DNA from: an uncultured delta proteobacterium
Lineage (GTDB): Bacteria > Desulfobacterota > Desulfobulbia > Desulfobulbales > Desulfurivibrionaceae
Length of the DNA stretch: 64,000 nucleotides
Direction: 5' to 3'
Assembly: GCA_903869265.1 (NCBI GenBank)
Contig: CAIPYE010000005.1
Location: forward strand, 97,292-161,291
This document shows, piece after piece, positions 19,915-29,471 of this stretch. The translations under genes and the position numbers were made by a program. The notes under the pieces are model-generated. The model was not told where the DNA came from and did no database searches. It saw only the letters and a program-made list of their open reading frames with translations. The first letter of the stretch is position 1. Each line of letters opens with the position of its first letter.

Positions 19915-20391
19915 TCATCCGGTTTTTTTTTCGAGCCTATCGTCCAGTTCCCCGATGTACGCACTGATCACATTTTCCAATTGTTCTACTCTCGAATGCA
20001 GATCGCGGTCGAGCTGCTCCAACCTTGCCAGCACTGCCGCCTTCGACTCCCCCTCCCGGTCTGCCTGCTTTTTCAGCTCCACTTCCAGAAACCCGCGCAG
20101 TTCGGTAAAACGCGAAGCCTCGGCTTTCTCGGCAAGCTCTTGGCTGGCTTGCAGTTCCCGCGCGTTACGGCGCGTGTCGATGAGCACCGAGGTTTGGAGG
20201 TAGACGACAAACACCAGGAACACGGCCACGAGAAAGACCAGCATGCCAAGCAGGAGCAGGCCGAGCGGCGCCTGAATGTTGGCAACCCCCAAGGAAAGCG
20301 TGGTCGGGGCCATGAACGCGCTCCAGTTGAGCACGGCAAAAGCAGTAATTGCACCCATGACAATCAGCAAAAACAGTGTACGAATCTTCAT
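19915..20391 (-). CDS. LapA-domain (DUF1049-like) inner-membrane protein with a C-terminal coiled coil
   Basis: Two N-terminal TM helices in the LapA pattern, followed by a charged helical tail. Confidence 0.55.
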   Translation of the reverse strand: MKIRTLFLLIVMGAITAFAVLNWSAFMAPTTLSLGVANIQAPLGLLLLGMLVFLVAVFLVFVVYLQTSVLIDTRRNARELQASQELAEKAEASRFTELRGFLEVELKKQADREGESKAAVLARLEQLDRDLHSRVEQLENVISAYIGELDDRLEKKTG

Positions 20392-20558
20392 CGTGGCGAG
20401 CCTCCCTTGTTAAATGCTGCTCCAATGCTCCGGGCAGATTCATTTTCAGGCACAGAAATTTTTTCCCATATTTTCTTCCCCTCAGACCCGCACAAGCAGT
20501 TGTACTGAAAAAGGCTTACTTGTTTCCCTTGGGTAGAGGTCTCATCCATGCAGCCCCA

Positions 20559-21968
20559 TCAGACCTCAAAGGATTGATGGGGCTCCGGGATCTCCACCAT
20601 CGGAAAGCCAAGCTCCTTGCGCAAGCTCTCGGCCAAGGCAGAGGCCGCATCCTCCTCGCCATGCACCACAAAGGTGCGGGCCGGTGTCTTCTGCATGGCT
20701 CCGGCCCAGGCCAGCAACCCATCCCGGTCGGCATGGCCGCTGAAGCCGGTAAGGGTTTCCACCTTAGCCCGTAGCGGAAATTCCTCGCCAAAGATCCGCA
20801 CCGTTTCCTCCCCCTCAACAATCCGGCGGCCCAGGGTGTTGGGCGCCTGCCAGCCGGTGACCAGAATGGTGTTTTTCTTGTCGCTGATGCGCTTGCGCAG
20901 ATGGTGCAGGATACGCCCCGCCTCCATCATGCCGCTGGCGCTGATAATGATGGCGGGTTCGCGCAAAAAATTCAGCTCCTTAGAATCCTCCACGCTCTGG
21001 GTGTAGCGCAGGGTGTCAAACCCAAAGGGATTGCTGTGGTTATCTTTCAAGAGAAATTCCCGAATCTCGCTGTCGTAGGTCTCGGGATGCAGGCGGAAAA
21101 TATCCGTGACCCGGGTGGCCAGCGGACTGTCCACATAGATGGGCAGCTTGGGGATATCGCGCTTCAAAAACAGCTTGTGCAGGGCATAGACCAACTGCTG
21201 GGTCCGACCCACGGCAAAGGCGGGGATCAAGAGCGTCCCGCCCCGCTGATAGGTCTGATTGACAATCCGTTTCAGTTCCTTTTCCGACTCCTGGTACGGC
21301 GGATGCTGGCGGTTGCCGTAGGTGCTCTCCATGATGAGGATATCCGCACCCTCGCTCAAAACCGCAGGGTCGTTGATGATCGGAATTCCGCTTCGCCCGA
21401 TATCCCCGCTGAAAACCAGCCTGAGATCGCGGTTCTGCTCCTGATCGTGGATATCGAGGATCACGTTGGCGCTGCCCAGCATATGGCCCGCATCCACCAG
21501 GGTAAGATGCACGCCGGGCAGAATCTCCCGCTTGCGGTTGTAGCTGATGCCAACAAACTGGTCCATGGAGGCGACCACATCCTCCTTGGTGTAGAGGGGC
21601 TCAAACTCCTTTTGCTTGTTCTGCCGCCGGAGTTTGTTGATAAACTCCACATCCTGTTCCTGGATGTGCGCACCGTCCATGAGCATGACCGCGCAGAGAT
21701 CGCGGGTGGCCGAGGTGCAGATGATATCCCCGGTAAATCCCTTCTTGACCAGACAGGGGATATTGCCGGAGTGATCGATGTGAGCATGGGAAAGAACCAG
21801 ACAATCAATATCCTTGCCCGCACAAAAGCCGCTGCGGTTGAGTTCAAAGGATTCCTTGCGCTTGCCCTGAAACAAGCCGCAATCAAGAAAAATTCGCTTG
21901 CCGTTTATCTCAAGCAGATGCTGCGAGCCGGTAACGGTCTTCGCCGCGCCGTGAAAAGTCAGTTTCAT
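20559..21968 (-). CDS. MBL-fold / beta-CASP RNA-metabolising hydrolase
   Basis: LSHAHIDHSGNIP (HxHxDH), beta-CASP region and a C-terminal RNA-specificity-like region. 469 aa. Confidence 0.85.
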   Translation of the reverse strand: MKLTFHGAAKTVTGSQHLLEINGKRIFLDCGLFQGKRKESFELNRSGFCAGKDIDCLVLSHAHIDHSGNIPCLVKKGFTGDIICTSATRDLCAVMLMDGAHIQEQDVEFINKLRRQNKQKEFEPLYTKEDVVASMDQFVGISYNRKREILPGVHLTLVDAGHMLGSANVILDIHDQEQNRDLRLVFSGDIGRSGIPIINDPAVLSEGADILIMESTYGNRQHPPYQESEKELKRIVNQTYQRGGTLLIPAFAVGRTQQLVYALHKLFLKRDIPKLPIYVDSPLATRVTDIFRLHPETYDSEIREFLLKDNHSNPFGFDTLRYTQSVEDSKELNFLREPAIIISASGMMEAGRILHHLRKRISDKKNTILVTGWQAPNTLGRRIVEGEETVRIFGEEFPLRAKVETLTGFSGHADRDGLLAWAGAMQKTPARTFVVHGEEDAASALAESLRKELGFPMVEIPEPHQSFEV

Positions 21969-22246
21969 GGATATGCTCCCGTGTTGGTAGAGATAATTTC
22001 AGCTCAGCATACAAGGACAAAGGGAAAAACAGAAGTAAAGATTTACCTTGAATTGCTCCATGGTGTCAGGTAGACAGATAACATCCCTGCTAATTTTAGC
22101 CGGAATTATTGAGCAAGCTATCCAAGAGAAAAATTGTTCAGACAGACCGATTAATAGCCCGCAAACGTAACCAAGGCTAACAACTCGAGCTAGCTCGATA
22201 ATAATATTGTTATATCATCAGCTTTCTCCTAAATTCTGGCACCCCA

Positions 22247-22304
22247 TAAAAAAGGCCATGCCTGACTGGAGCAGATTTCCCCTCTGCTCCAGTCAGGCAT
22301 GGCC
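22247..22304 (-). terminator. Rho-independent terminator of the GGDEF gene (21-bp perfect stem)
   Basis: GGCCATGCCTGACTGGAGCAG, a 9-nt loop, then CTGCTCCAGTCAGGCATGGCC. On the minus strand this is followed by TTTTTTAT. It lies 35 nt beyond the stop at 22339. Confidence 0.8.
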
Positions 22305-22338
22305 TGATTACTTCTCTTGTTTATGGATTAGCCGAAAC

Positions 22339-23370
22339 TCAGCCTTCCTCCACGCACACCCGGCAACGCCCGGTCTTCTTTGCCTGGTAGAGTACCTCAT
22401 CGGCCCGCTGTAGCCATTCGTCCTTACCCATTTCCGGATTCCACTGGACAAGGCCGATGCTCACTCCCAGCCTGCTGCCGTCCCCGGCATTAAGCGCAAG
22501 GCCATCGACGGCGCCGCACAACCGTTCGGCCAACAGCCGGGCCGCATCCAAGGCAGTATCCGGCAAGACCAGAACAAACTCATCGCCGCCCATGCGCACC
22601 AGAAGATCGCTGTTGCGCACCATCCCGGTCAAGGCCTTGGCCACCATCTGCAAGGCGTTATCCCCGGCGGCATGCCCCAGGGTGTCGTTGATCTGCTTGA
22701 AATGGTCCAGATCCATGCTGGCCACGGTTATAGGCCGGCCATGACGCCGGGCGGTTTCCAGCAGAGGTCCGATGCGTTCCTCGAAGACCCGCCGGTTGTC
22801 AAGGCCGGTGAGCATGTCCCGACGAGCCTGGGCAAATAAATCCTCATACATAAGGGCACGTTGCAGGGGCTCCCCGAGAATCTCCAGCGCATCCCGCAGG
22901 ATTTGGGCCTCCTCTGCTTCAATACAGGTTCCCCGGCGCAGCAGCATCAAGCAACCCTGGGTGGTGGCAGCAGCGTCAAGGGCGAAGGACATCTGCCATT
23001 GCTGCACGAAAAATGGCCCCCACTCGCAGCAGGTGCCATCCAATTGACAATCTATCTTCTCAAAAACCTCTTCAGCGCTCTGCATGGCGAGACGCCGTTC
23101 CGGACCGTGGCAGGAGCAGATAATGTGCACCCGGCTCCGATCGATGCTGCGATAGGCGATCAGATCGTGCTCAACCAGAGGCGTCAGCCACACGGAAAAA
23201 GCCTCGATCATGCCCTGTAGGTCGGTGGCGCCGGCCAGTCTGGCATGCAGCTCGTTGACCTGTTTCAGCCACTCCGATTGGCGACGGTAACGATCAAGCT
23301 CCACCATCAGATGGTCCAGGTTGATCGACCCTTTGGTTTCCCTATCAGCAAGAGAGATTGCGGCGCTCAT
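22339..23370 (-). CDS. Diguanylate cyclase (GAF-like sensor plus GGDEF with I-site)
   Basis: DMLTGLDNRR, DLDHFKQINDTLGHAAGD, and RNSD-LLVRM-GGDEF (RxxD I-site 5 residues before GGDEF). Confidence 0.9.
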   Translation of the reverse strand: MSAAISLADRETKGSINLDHLMVELDRYRRQSEWLKQVNELHARLAGATDLQGMIEAFSVWLTPLVEHDLIAYRSIDRSRVHIICSCHGPERRLAMQSAEEVFEKIDCQLDGTCCEWGPFFVQQWQMSFALDAAATTQGCLMLLRRGTCIEAEEAQILRDALEILGEPLQRALMYEDLFAQARRDMLTGLDNRRVFEERIGPLLETARRHGRPITVASMDLDHFKQINDTLGHAAGDNALQMVAKALTGMVRNSDLLVRMGGDEFVLVLPDTALDAARLLAERLCGAVDGLALNAGDGSRLGVSIGLVQWNPEMGKDEWLQRADEVLYQAKKTGRCRVCVEEG

Positions 23371-23734
23371 TGCAACGGCTCCTTTCGTTGAAAAGATTGT
23401 TTACAAAGAACTTATGCCATTTTCATGCCAGATCTCAGAAACATTCTTTCCCATAGCCTTCTACTGCAAGGGAACCAGTAAAAAAATGCTCGCATCTCAT
23501 TAAAATAATTAGAAAAAAGTAAATACCGAAAAATAACCGTGCTATGCTCCCCAATAATTTTTACCCGGCGCACGCGGAAAATTTTTCCCGTCCACCCCGT
23601 CAGTACGTTGACACTTGGCCAATCCTGTCACTATTTCCGCAGCCCAAGCAATCGTCTCTTTGCATCCGCAACACAAGCGGATATCATGCAAAAATCCACT
23701 CCGTCCAGTTCATGCCAGGGAGCGCCCCGCATCC

Positions 23735-24934
23735 ATGCCGACTCAAACCAACCGCCGCATCATCCATCTCGACATGGATGCCTTTTATGCCTCGGTCGAA
23801 ATGCTCGACAATCCGGCCCTCCGGGGTCAGGCCGTTGTGGTGGGCGGCAACAGCAACCGCGGGGTTGTATGCGCCGCCTCCTACGAAGCTCGGAAGTTCG
23901 GGGTCCATTCAGCCCTGCCCATATTCACGGCGAAAAAACTCTGCCCGCACGGGGTGTTTCTCCCGGTTCGCATGGCCCGCTACCAGGAGATTTCCAGCCG
24001 GATCATGGAGATCTTCCAGCGCTTCACCCCGCTGGTGGAACCACTCTCGCTGGACGAGGCGTTTCTGGATGTCACGGCCAGCCAGAGCCTGATGGGCACG
24101 GCGGAGGATATTGCCAGACAGATCAAAACCCTGGTGCGGGAAACAATCGGCCTCACCGTCTCGGCCGGGGTTGGAGCCTCGAAACTGGTGGCAAAGATCG
24201 CCTCTGACCTCAACAAACCAGACGGCCTGACCATTGTGCCCGCCGGTCAGGAAGAGGCCTTTCTGGCGCCCTTGCCCATCGGTCGCTTGTGGGGGGTGGG
24301 TCAAACCACCAAGGAAGCCCTGGCCCTGATCGGGGTAAAAACCATCGGCGACTTAAGCCGCATGCCCTTGAGCATCCTCACAGCCAAGTTCGGCAAGAGT
24401 GGGCTTATAATGCACGAATCAGCCCGGGGCATTGATTTTCGCCCGGTGGAAACGAGGCAGGAAGCCAAGTCCATTGGCAACGAGGAGACATTCGCGGAAG
24501 ATTTGCGCGACACGAAAAGGATCGAACAGGAGTTGCTGGCCCTGTGTATCAGGGTGGGCAAGCGGGCGCGCAGCCATGGCCTGGTTGGCAGAACCGTCAC
24601 CATCAAGGTGAAGTATCGTGATTTTATGCAGGTGACCCGCTCGCTCACCCTGCCAGAACCAGTGGCTGACGACAAATCACTCTACCAGACAGGGTGCCTG
24701 CTTCTTGCCAAGACCGAGATCGGCTTGCGCCCCATCCGGCTACTGGGGATAACACTTTCGAACCTGATCCCTGCGAAGACTGTCGGCCAGATGACCCTGT
24801 TTGGCGATGGCCCGAACCGAGAAAAAGATTGCCGCCTCTACAAGGCAATCGATGCTATCAGCGACCGGTATGGCAACGGAAGCCTTGTTCCGGCAACGCT
24901 GGTGAAAAGAAGAAAGGAAGAACTGAAAAAATAA
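23735..24934 (+). CDS. dinB: DNA polymerase IV
   Basis: IIHLDMDAFYASVE, and SLDEAFLDVT. Start at internal ATG 23735. Confidence 0.92.
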   Translation: MPTQTNRRIIHLDMDAFYASVEMLDNPALRGQAVVVGGNSNRGVVCAASYEARKFGVHSALPIFTAKKLCPHGVFLPVRMARYQEISSRIMEIFQRFTPLVEPLSLDEAFLDVTASQSLMGTAEDIARQIKTLVRETIGLTVSAGVGASKLVAKIASDLNKPDGLTIVPAGQEEAFLAPLPIGRLWGVGQTTKEALALIGVKTIGDLSRMPLSILTAKFGKSGLIMHESARGIDFRPVETRQEAKSIGNEETFAEDLRDTKRIEQELLALCIRVGKRARSHGLVGRTVTIKVKYRDFMQVTRSLTLPEPVADDKSLYQTGCLLLAKTEIGLRPIRLLGITLSNLIPAKTVGQMTLFGDGPNREKDCRLYKAIDAISDRYGNGSLVPATLVKRRKEELKK

Positions 24935-24948
24935 AGGCCTTACGCCCC

Positions 24949-25914
24949 TCAATACTTCAAGCCAACCCGATCCCGCACCAGATCCAAGGTGACAATCGCC
25001 TTTTCCCTGGCCTTGATCGCCCCCCGATGGAGGATATCCCTCACCTGGCCGGGGTCAGCCAACAACTGCTCCCGCTTGTCCCGGGCCTCGCGAAAATACT
25101 CCCAGAGCAGATCAAGGAGTTCCAGCTTGATCTTGCCGTACATGGCCCCGCCGTCCACATAGAGGGTATGCACCTCAGCCAGCCGATCCTGTGGGGCGAA
25201 CAGCTTGTAGAGGCTGAAGAGATTGCACTTTTCAGGATCCTTGGGCGCTTCCACCGGGGTGGCGTCAGTGACAATGGCCATGACCTTTTTCTTCAGCTCC
25301 TTCTCGCTGGCAAAGATGGGGATGGTGTTGCCGTAGGATTTGGACATCTTCTGCCCGTCCAGACCGGGGATGGTGGCCAGGTTATCGTCAATGACCGGCT
25401 CGGGCACGACAAAGGTCTCGCCAAAGGTGTTGTTGAACTTGATCGCGATATCGCGGGCCACCTCCAGATGCTGTTTCTGGTCCTTGCCCACCGGCACCCG
25501 TTGGGCCTGGTAGAGCAGGATATCGGCGGCCATGAGCACTGGGTAGGAAAACAGCCCGTGGCTTGAAGCAACGCCCTTGGCAACCTTGTCCTTATAAGAA
25601 TGGCAGCGCTCCAGCAGACCCATGGGCGTGAGGACGGAAAGAACCCAGGCCAATTCCGTGACCTCGGGCACATCGGACTGCACCCAGAAAAGACAGCGTT
25701 CCGGGTCGAGCCCCAGAGCGAGAAAATCGGTGGCCGCCTCAAGAGTGCCGCGCGACAAGCGCTCCCGATCCTGGACCGAGGTCAGGGCATGAAGATCCAC
25801 GATAAAGGCGTACAGCTCGCTGGAATCCTGGCTTGCGATCATGGAGCGCATCATGCCAAAGTAGTTACCGATATGAAGCTGGCCAGATGGCTGGATTCCG
25901 GATAAAATTCTCAT
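24949..25914 (-). CDS. trpS: Tryptophanyl-tRNA synthetase
   Basis: MRILSGIQPSGQLHIGNYFG (HIGH) and KMSKS. 321 aa. Confidence 0.95.
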   Translation of the reverse strand: MRILSGIQPSGQLHIGNYFGMMRSMIASQDSSELYAFIVDLHALTSVQDRERLSRGTLEAATDFLALGLDPERCLFWVQSDVPEVTELAWVLSVLTPMGLLERCHSYKDKVAKGVASSHGLFSYPVLMAADILLYQAQRVPVGKDQKQHLEVARDIAIKFNNTFGETFVVPEPVIDDNLATIPGLDGQKMSKSYGNTIPIFASEKELKKKVMAIVTDATPVEAPKDPEKCNLFSLYKLFAPQDRLAEVHTLYVDGGAMYGKIKLELLDLLWEYFREARDKREQLLADPGQVRDILHRGAIKAREKAIVTLDLVRDRVGLKY

Positions 25915-26056
25915 TTAGGTTCTCTCTTGGTAACGGGCAGGCGAAATAGACTGCCCAACCGGGCGGAAGCCGCCGGATTATCACTGCACACCATACATCT
26001 ACTCTGAGGCAGTGGATGTTTTTTTAAAAAAAAGACCAGGGCAGCAATCTTGATCA

Positions 26057-26152
26057 ACTCGTAAAAATGAAAAAAGGCCACATGTCCGTAACATAAAGCC
26101 AAAGAGTTCCCAAGCAATAACTGTTGTAATCGCGTCTTTTTGCGATTTCAAC
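26057..26152 (-). repeat. Copy B of the 95-96 bp conserved intergenic module, oriented toward trpS
   Basis: The reverse complement reads GTTGAAATCGCAAAAAGACGCGATTACAAC AGTTATTGC...GTTACGGACATGTGG...TTTTTACGAGT. The 30-bp core is identical to copy A. Confidence 0.8.
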
Positions 26153-26262
26153 AATCTTTTTCTGCCTCACCCTGTCACGCTTTTTTTTTGCGATTGACAG
26201 CCTCATCGGCCAACGGTACATCTTTGCATGCATTCCGAGTATATTGAGGCAATGGAGGCCCC

Positions 26263-27075
26263 ATGAAAAAACATATCTATATCCCTGCCATGCTCGCCTT
26301 TCTATTCCTTGTGGGCAGTTGCACCCTGCCCCCCGTGCACGACCCGGCTCTCCGCACGGACAAGGAGACAACGACAAGCAAAAGCTCCCAGCCAGAAAAG
26401 CCCGCCGCTGCGGTTCGTCCTGAAACAAAAGGGAAACGTGTTTCTCTCATCCCCAAGGACACTGCCACGCAAACAGCCAAGGAAACACCCTCGGATCAAC
26501 CGCCCCCAGCTCCGAGCCAAGAAGCACAACCGGCGCCAGCACAGCCTCAGCCGCCTGCGCCGCAGCCCCAGGTTTTCACGGATTACAACACTGGCCTGAT
26601 CTTCACCTACCAGCGGCCCTGGCGCGTGGTCTCGACCCAGGGAGAGGGATCGGTTCTTGGCAGAGACGGACAATCCCAAATCACCACCCGCTTTGTCACC
26701 CTGACCACGGACAAAGAGAAGAGTGCGCAAAGGGGGTATTTTTATGTGGAGGGGGACAGCATCGCCGGGGCAATCGGCAAAACCGTGCAATCCATGCTTG
26801 GCACCGGAAACAAGCAAGCAGCACGGGAAAAAACACCCCTTGATGTGCTGCTGACCCAAAAGCATTTCCCCAACCTCATCATTGAGAAACGCTACCGTGG
26901 AAACGATGGCGGGGTGCTCGTCCAGAAATGCCGCCACAAGCAGCTACCCGGCGCATTCCAGGTATATCACGTCTTCATCGATGACAAGGTTGCCTCATTC
27001 AGCCTGTCCGATGTAAAAAATCGCCAACTCAGGCTTGAGATGCAACAGATCGTGCTCTCCACCAGGAAACCATAA
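26263..27075 (+). CDS. Lipoprotein with a Pro/Gln-rich linker (hypothetical)
   Basis: Signal peptide plus lipobox LFLVGSC. Low-complexity stretch PPPAPSQEAQPAPAQPQPPAPQPQ. Confidence 0.65.
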   Translation: MKKHIYIPAMLAFLFLVGSCTLPPVHDPALRTDKETTTSKSSQPEKPAAAVRPETKGKRVSLIPKDTATQTAKETPSDQPPPAPSQEAQPAPAQPQPPAPQPQVFTDYNTGLIFTYQRPWRVVSTQGEGSVLGRDGQSQITTRFVTLTTDKEKSAQRGYFYVEGDSIAGAIGKTVQSMLGTGNKQAAREKTPLDVLLTQKHFPNLIIEKRYRGNDGGVLVQKCRHKQLPGAFQVYHVFIDDKVASFSLSDVKNRQLRLEMQQIVLSTRKP

Positions 27076-27111
27076 AGACTTCCTGTCCATGGGAACGAAA
27101 ACGGAGCAGAC

Positions 27112-27603
27112 ATGACCAAGCCACGATTCCCTAAACCGTTCAAACACGACCATCCGCCGGTCCAAAACGTCAACCAGATCATTGCAACCCAACTGACTTT
27201 TGGACAAAAAGCCTCCGACTGGGTTGCCATGAATCTGGGGAGCTGGTGGTTCATTATTATCCAGACCATAATCCTGGCAATCTGGGTTATGGTTAATGTT
27301 ACCGCCTGGCTGCGCCACTGGGACCCCTACCCCTTCATCTTCATGAATCTGGTGCTTTCCCTGCAAGCCGCCTATGCCGCGCCCATCATCATGATGAGCC
27401 AGAACCGGCAGGCTAACCGAGACCGGCTGGAGGCGCGCAACGATTACCTGATCAATGAAAAATCCGAACAGGAGGTCCGCGCCATTCTTGAACACCTGGC
27501 AGCACAGGATGCGGCTCTGCTTGAAATACACCAGTTGCTTGCCGAGTTAGGGGCGCACTCCGGGCTCTCCGCACCCACCTCCTCCCCCCAGGAAATTGAC
27601 TGA
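27112..27603 (+). CDS. DUF1003-family membrane protein
   Basis: WDPYPFIFMNLVLSLQAAYAAPIIMMSQNRQ..RDR is the characteristic DUF1003 core. Confidence 0.75.
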   Translation: MTKPRFPKPFKHDHPPVQNVNQIIATQLTFGQKASDWVAMNLGSWWFIIIQTIILAIWVMVNVTAWLRHWDPYPFIFMNLVLSLQAAYAAPIIMMSQNRQANRDRLEARNDYLINEKSEQEVRAILEHLAAQDAALLEIHQLLAELGAHSGLSAPTSSPQEID

Positions 27604-27681
27604 GTACCGGGCCAGTCCCCGACAAAAAAAATCCTCTCTCCGAAAAAGGAAAGAGGATTTTTTCATGGCACAATCTTAGGA

Positions 27682-28986
27682 CTATGAATTCAGGTACTGC
27701 CTGATCCCATCGGCAATGATCTTGAAAATCTCAGTGAACCGCTCTTCGTTGCGCTCAAGCAGGGTGATCCGAAACCCCTGCAAGTCGGTGGCAAAGGAGG
27801 AAAGCGGCACCACGCAGACGCCGGTTGCCCCCAGCAGGTAATAGACAAACCGCTTGTCGCAGGCCACATTCGGCCCGCACACCAGACTTTCCACCTGGGC
27901 ACGGACCTCCTTGTTGCCGATGGACAGGGTCTGCCGGCTGTTCAGCCTCCCTTCCTTGAAAACCACGCTCATGTAGAACGCGCCGTTGGTCCGGTTCACC
28001 AATACACCGTCAATGTCCTTCAGGGCATCGTAGGCAATGTTGGAAAACTTCTCGTAACGGCTGATCCTCTCCTGCAAATAGGGCACATACTGCGGGTGGC
28101 TGAGAATGGCCGGGATCGCCCGTTGCGGCAGAGTGGTGGAACAGACCTCCACCATCTTGGCATTGAGGATCGAGGTCACATACTTGGCGAACATGGGATC
28201 GCGGTCGCCATTGTAGACCTCGATCCAGCCGCAGCGGGAGCCGGGCCAAGGCATTTCCTTGGAGATACCCCGCATGCAGATGGCGGGCACGTCGCCGATC
28301 ACCTCGGCCAGGGGCAGGGTTTTCTGGCCGTTGTAGATGATAGCCTGGTACACCTCGTCGCAGATCACGAACAGGTCGTATTTACGGGCCAGCGCCACCA
28401 TGCCCCGCAAGATCCCCTCGGGATAGACCGCACCGGTTGGGTTGTCCGGGTTGATAATCAGGATACCGGCCACGGCAGGATTGTACTTGATCCGTTTTTC
28501 CAGATCATCGAGATCCGGATACCAGTAGTTGTTTGGATTCAGCCAGTACGTTACCGGCCGGTCTCCGGCGTGGGCTGCTTCCGCCGAGGAGTGGGTGGTG
28601 TAGCTGGGCGAGGGAACAACCACCCGGGCGGTTGGCCGCAGGAAGCCGAAAACCTTGCTGATCGCATCGCCCAAGCCGTTAAAGAAGATGATGTCATCGG
28701 GGCCGATCTGCGCCCCGCCGCGCTTGTTGGTCTTGGCGGCAAGAAACTCCCTGGTTGCCAGCATTCCCTTGGTGGGGCAATAACCGTAGGTGGCGTCCTC
28801 CATGACCAGGTCGGCGACGACCTGCTTCATCCATTGGGGAATCTGTTCTCCCTTGGCAACGGGGTCACCGATATTCTCCCAGTAGACCTTGGTCCCCAAC
28901 TTCTGCAACTTTTCGCCCACAATGACGATATTGCGGATCTCATAGGTCAATTCCCCTGCGCCGCTATGCAGGATATCAGTACGCAT
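27682..28986 (-). CDS. PLP-dependent class I/II aminotransferase (AlaA/AlaC-like)
   Basis: 434 aa with aminotransferase I/II pattern (NPDNPTG, SKEMPWPGSRCG). Confidence 0.85.
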   Translation of the reverse strand: MRTDILHSGAGELTYEIRNIVIVGEKLQKLGTKVYWENIGDPVAKGEQIPQWMKQVVADLVMEDATYGYCPTKGMLATREFLAAKTNKRGGAQIGPDDIIFFNGLGDAISKVFGFLRPTARVVVPSPSYTTHSSAEAAHAGDRPVTYWLNPNNYWYPDLDDLEKRIKYNPAVAGILIINPDNPTGAVYPEGILRGMVALARKYDLFVICDEVYQAIIYNGQKTLPLAEVIGDVPAICMRGISKEMPWPGSRCGWIEVYNGDRDPMFAKYVTSILNAKMVEVCSTTLPQRAIPAILSHPQYVPYLQERISRYEKFSNIAYDALKDIDGVLVNRTNGAFYMSVVFKEGRLNSRQTLSIGNKEVRAQVESLVCGPNVACDKRFVYYLLGATGVCVVPLSSFATDLQGFRITLLERNEERFTEIFKIIADGIRQYLNS

Positions 28987-29236
28987 GCACGTAATCTCCC
29001 TTGAAAAAAATGGCTGTGCTCGTTGCGGCTGGCGGGATCTGCAATCAAATCAGGAGGGTAGAGTCGACGGTATGGCAACACCCCTCGCCCAGGCGCAAGG
29101 ACAAAGGATATTTATTAACACCAGCCCTTGCCAGAAGTCAATAAGTCCTTTATCAAGGGTGCAACATTGCCGATAGAGAAGGTAACAGGTGGACAAAAAG
29201 ACCCATGATCAGCCCACGCAGGCAGGAGGCATCGGA

Positions 29237-29440
29237 ATGGCAATCATTCGGTTTTCGATTCTCGGCAATGTGGTCCGTTTCGGTGCCAGAGAACGGCAGA
29301 AAATTACGAGCAGCGGGTGCAACGAACCGTACAAGGATCGATACTGGTGCCCGCGGAAAAAATGGTTCAATAAGGAACCCTGCCCCTTTCTCTGTCTGCG
29401 GGAATGTGAGAACTATCAGGCCATGTGCGGCAGCGTTTGA
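29237..29440 (+). CDS. Small Cys-rich hypothetical protein (67 aa)
   Basis: AGGAGG lies 7 nt upstream of ATG 29237. There are six Cys (CNEPYKDRYWC...CPFLCLRECENYQAMC). Third-position G/C bias looks coding-like by eye. No homolog recognised. Confidence 0.45.
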   Translation: MAIIRFSILGNVVRFGARERQKITSSGCNEPYKDRYWCPRKKWFNKEPCPFLCLRECENYQAMCGSV

Positions 29441-29471
29441 TCACTTCGGCACCAATGGTCAGAGATAATTT

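Noticed and set aside
22185-22198. Perfect 14-bp palindrome TCGAGCTAGCTCGA, containing adjacent XhoI-like and NheI sites. It is next to an AT-rich imperfect palindrome, ATAATAATATTGTTAT.
   Set aside because: It could hint at an operator, or even at a cloning scar. It is a single short occurrence about 220 bp upstream of the beta-CASP gene, with no supporting promoter geometry and no vector-like flanks. It is most likely chance or a minor operator.
23664-23682. Inverted repeat ATCCGC-N7-GCGGAT about 55 bp upstream of dinB, as a possible LexA/SOS box.
   Set aside because: It does not match any LexA consensus I know (CTGT-N8-ACAG, GGTT-N2-C-N4-G-N3-ACC, TTAC-N3-GTAA). A 6-bp arm is weak evidence on its own. 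The nearby GGAAAATTTTTCC (about 23576-23588) is equally unassignable.
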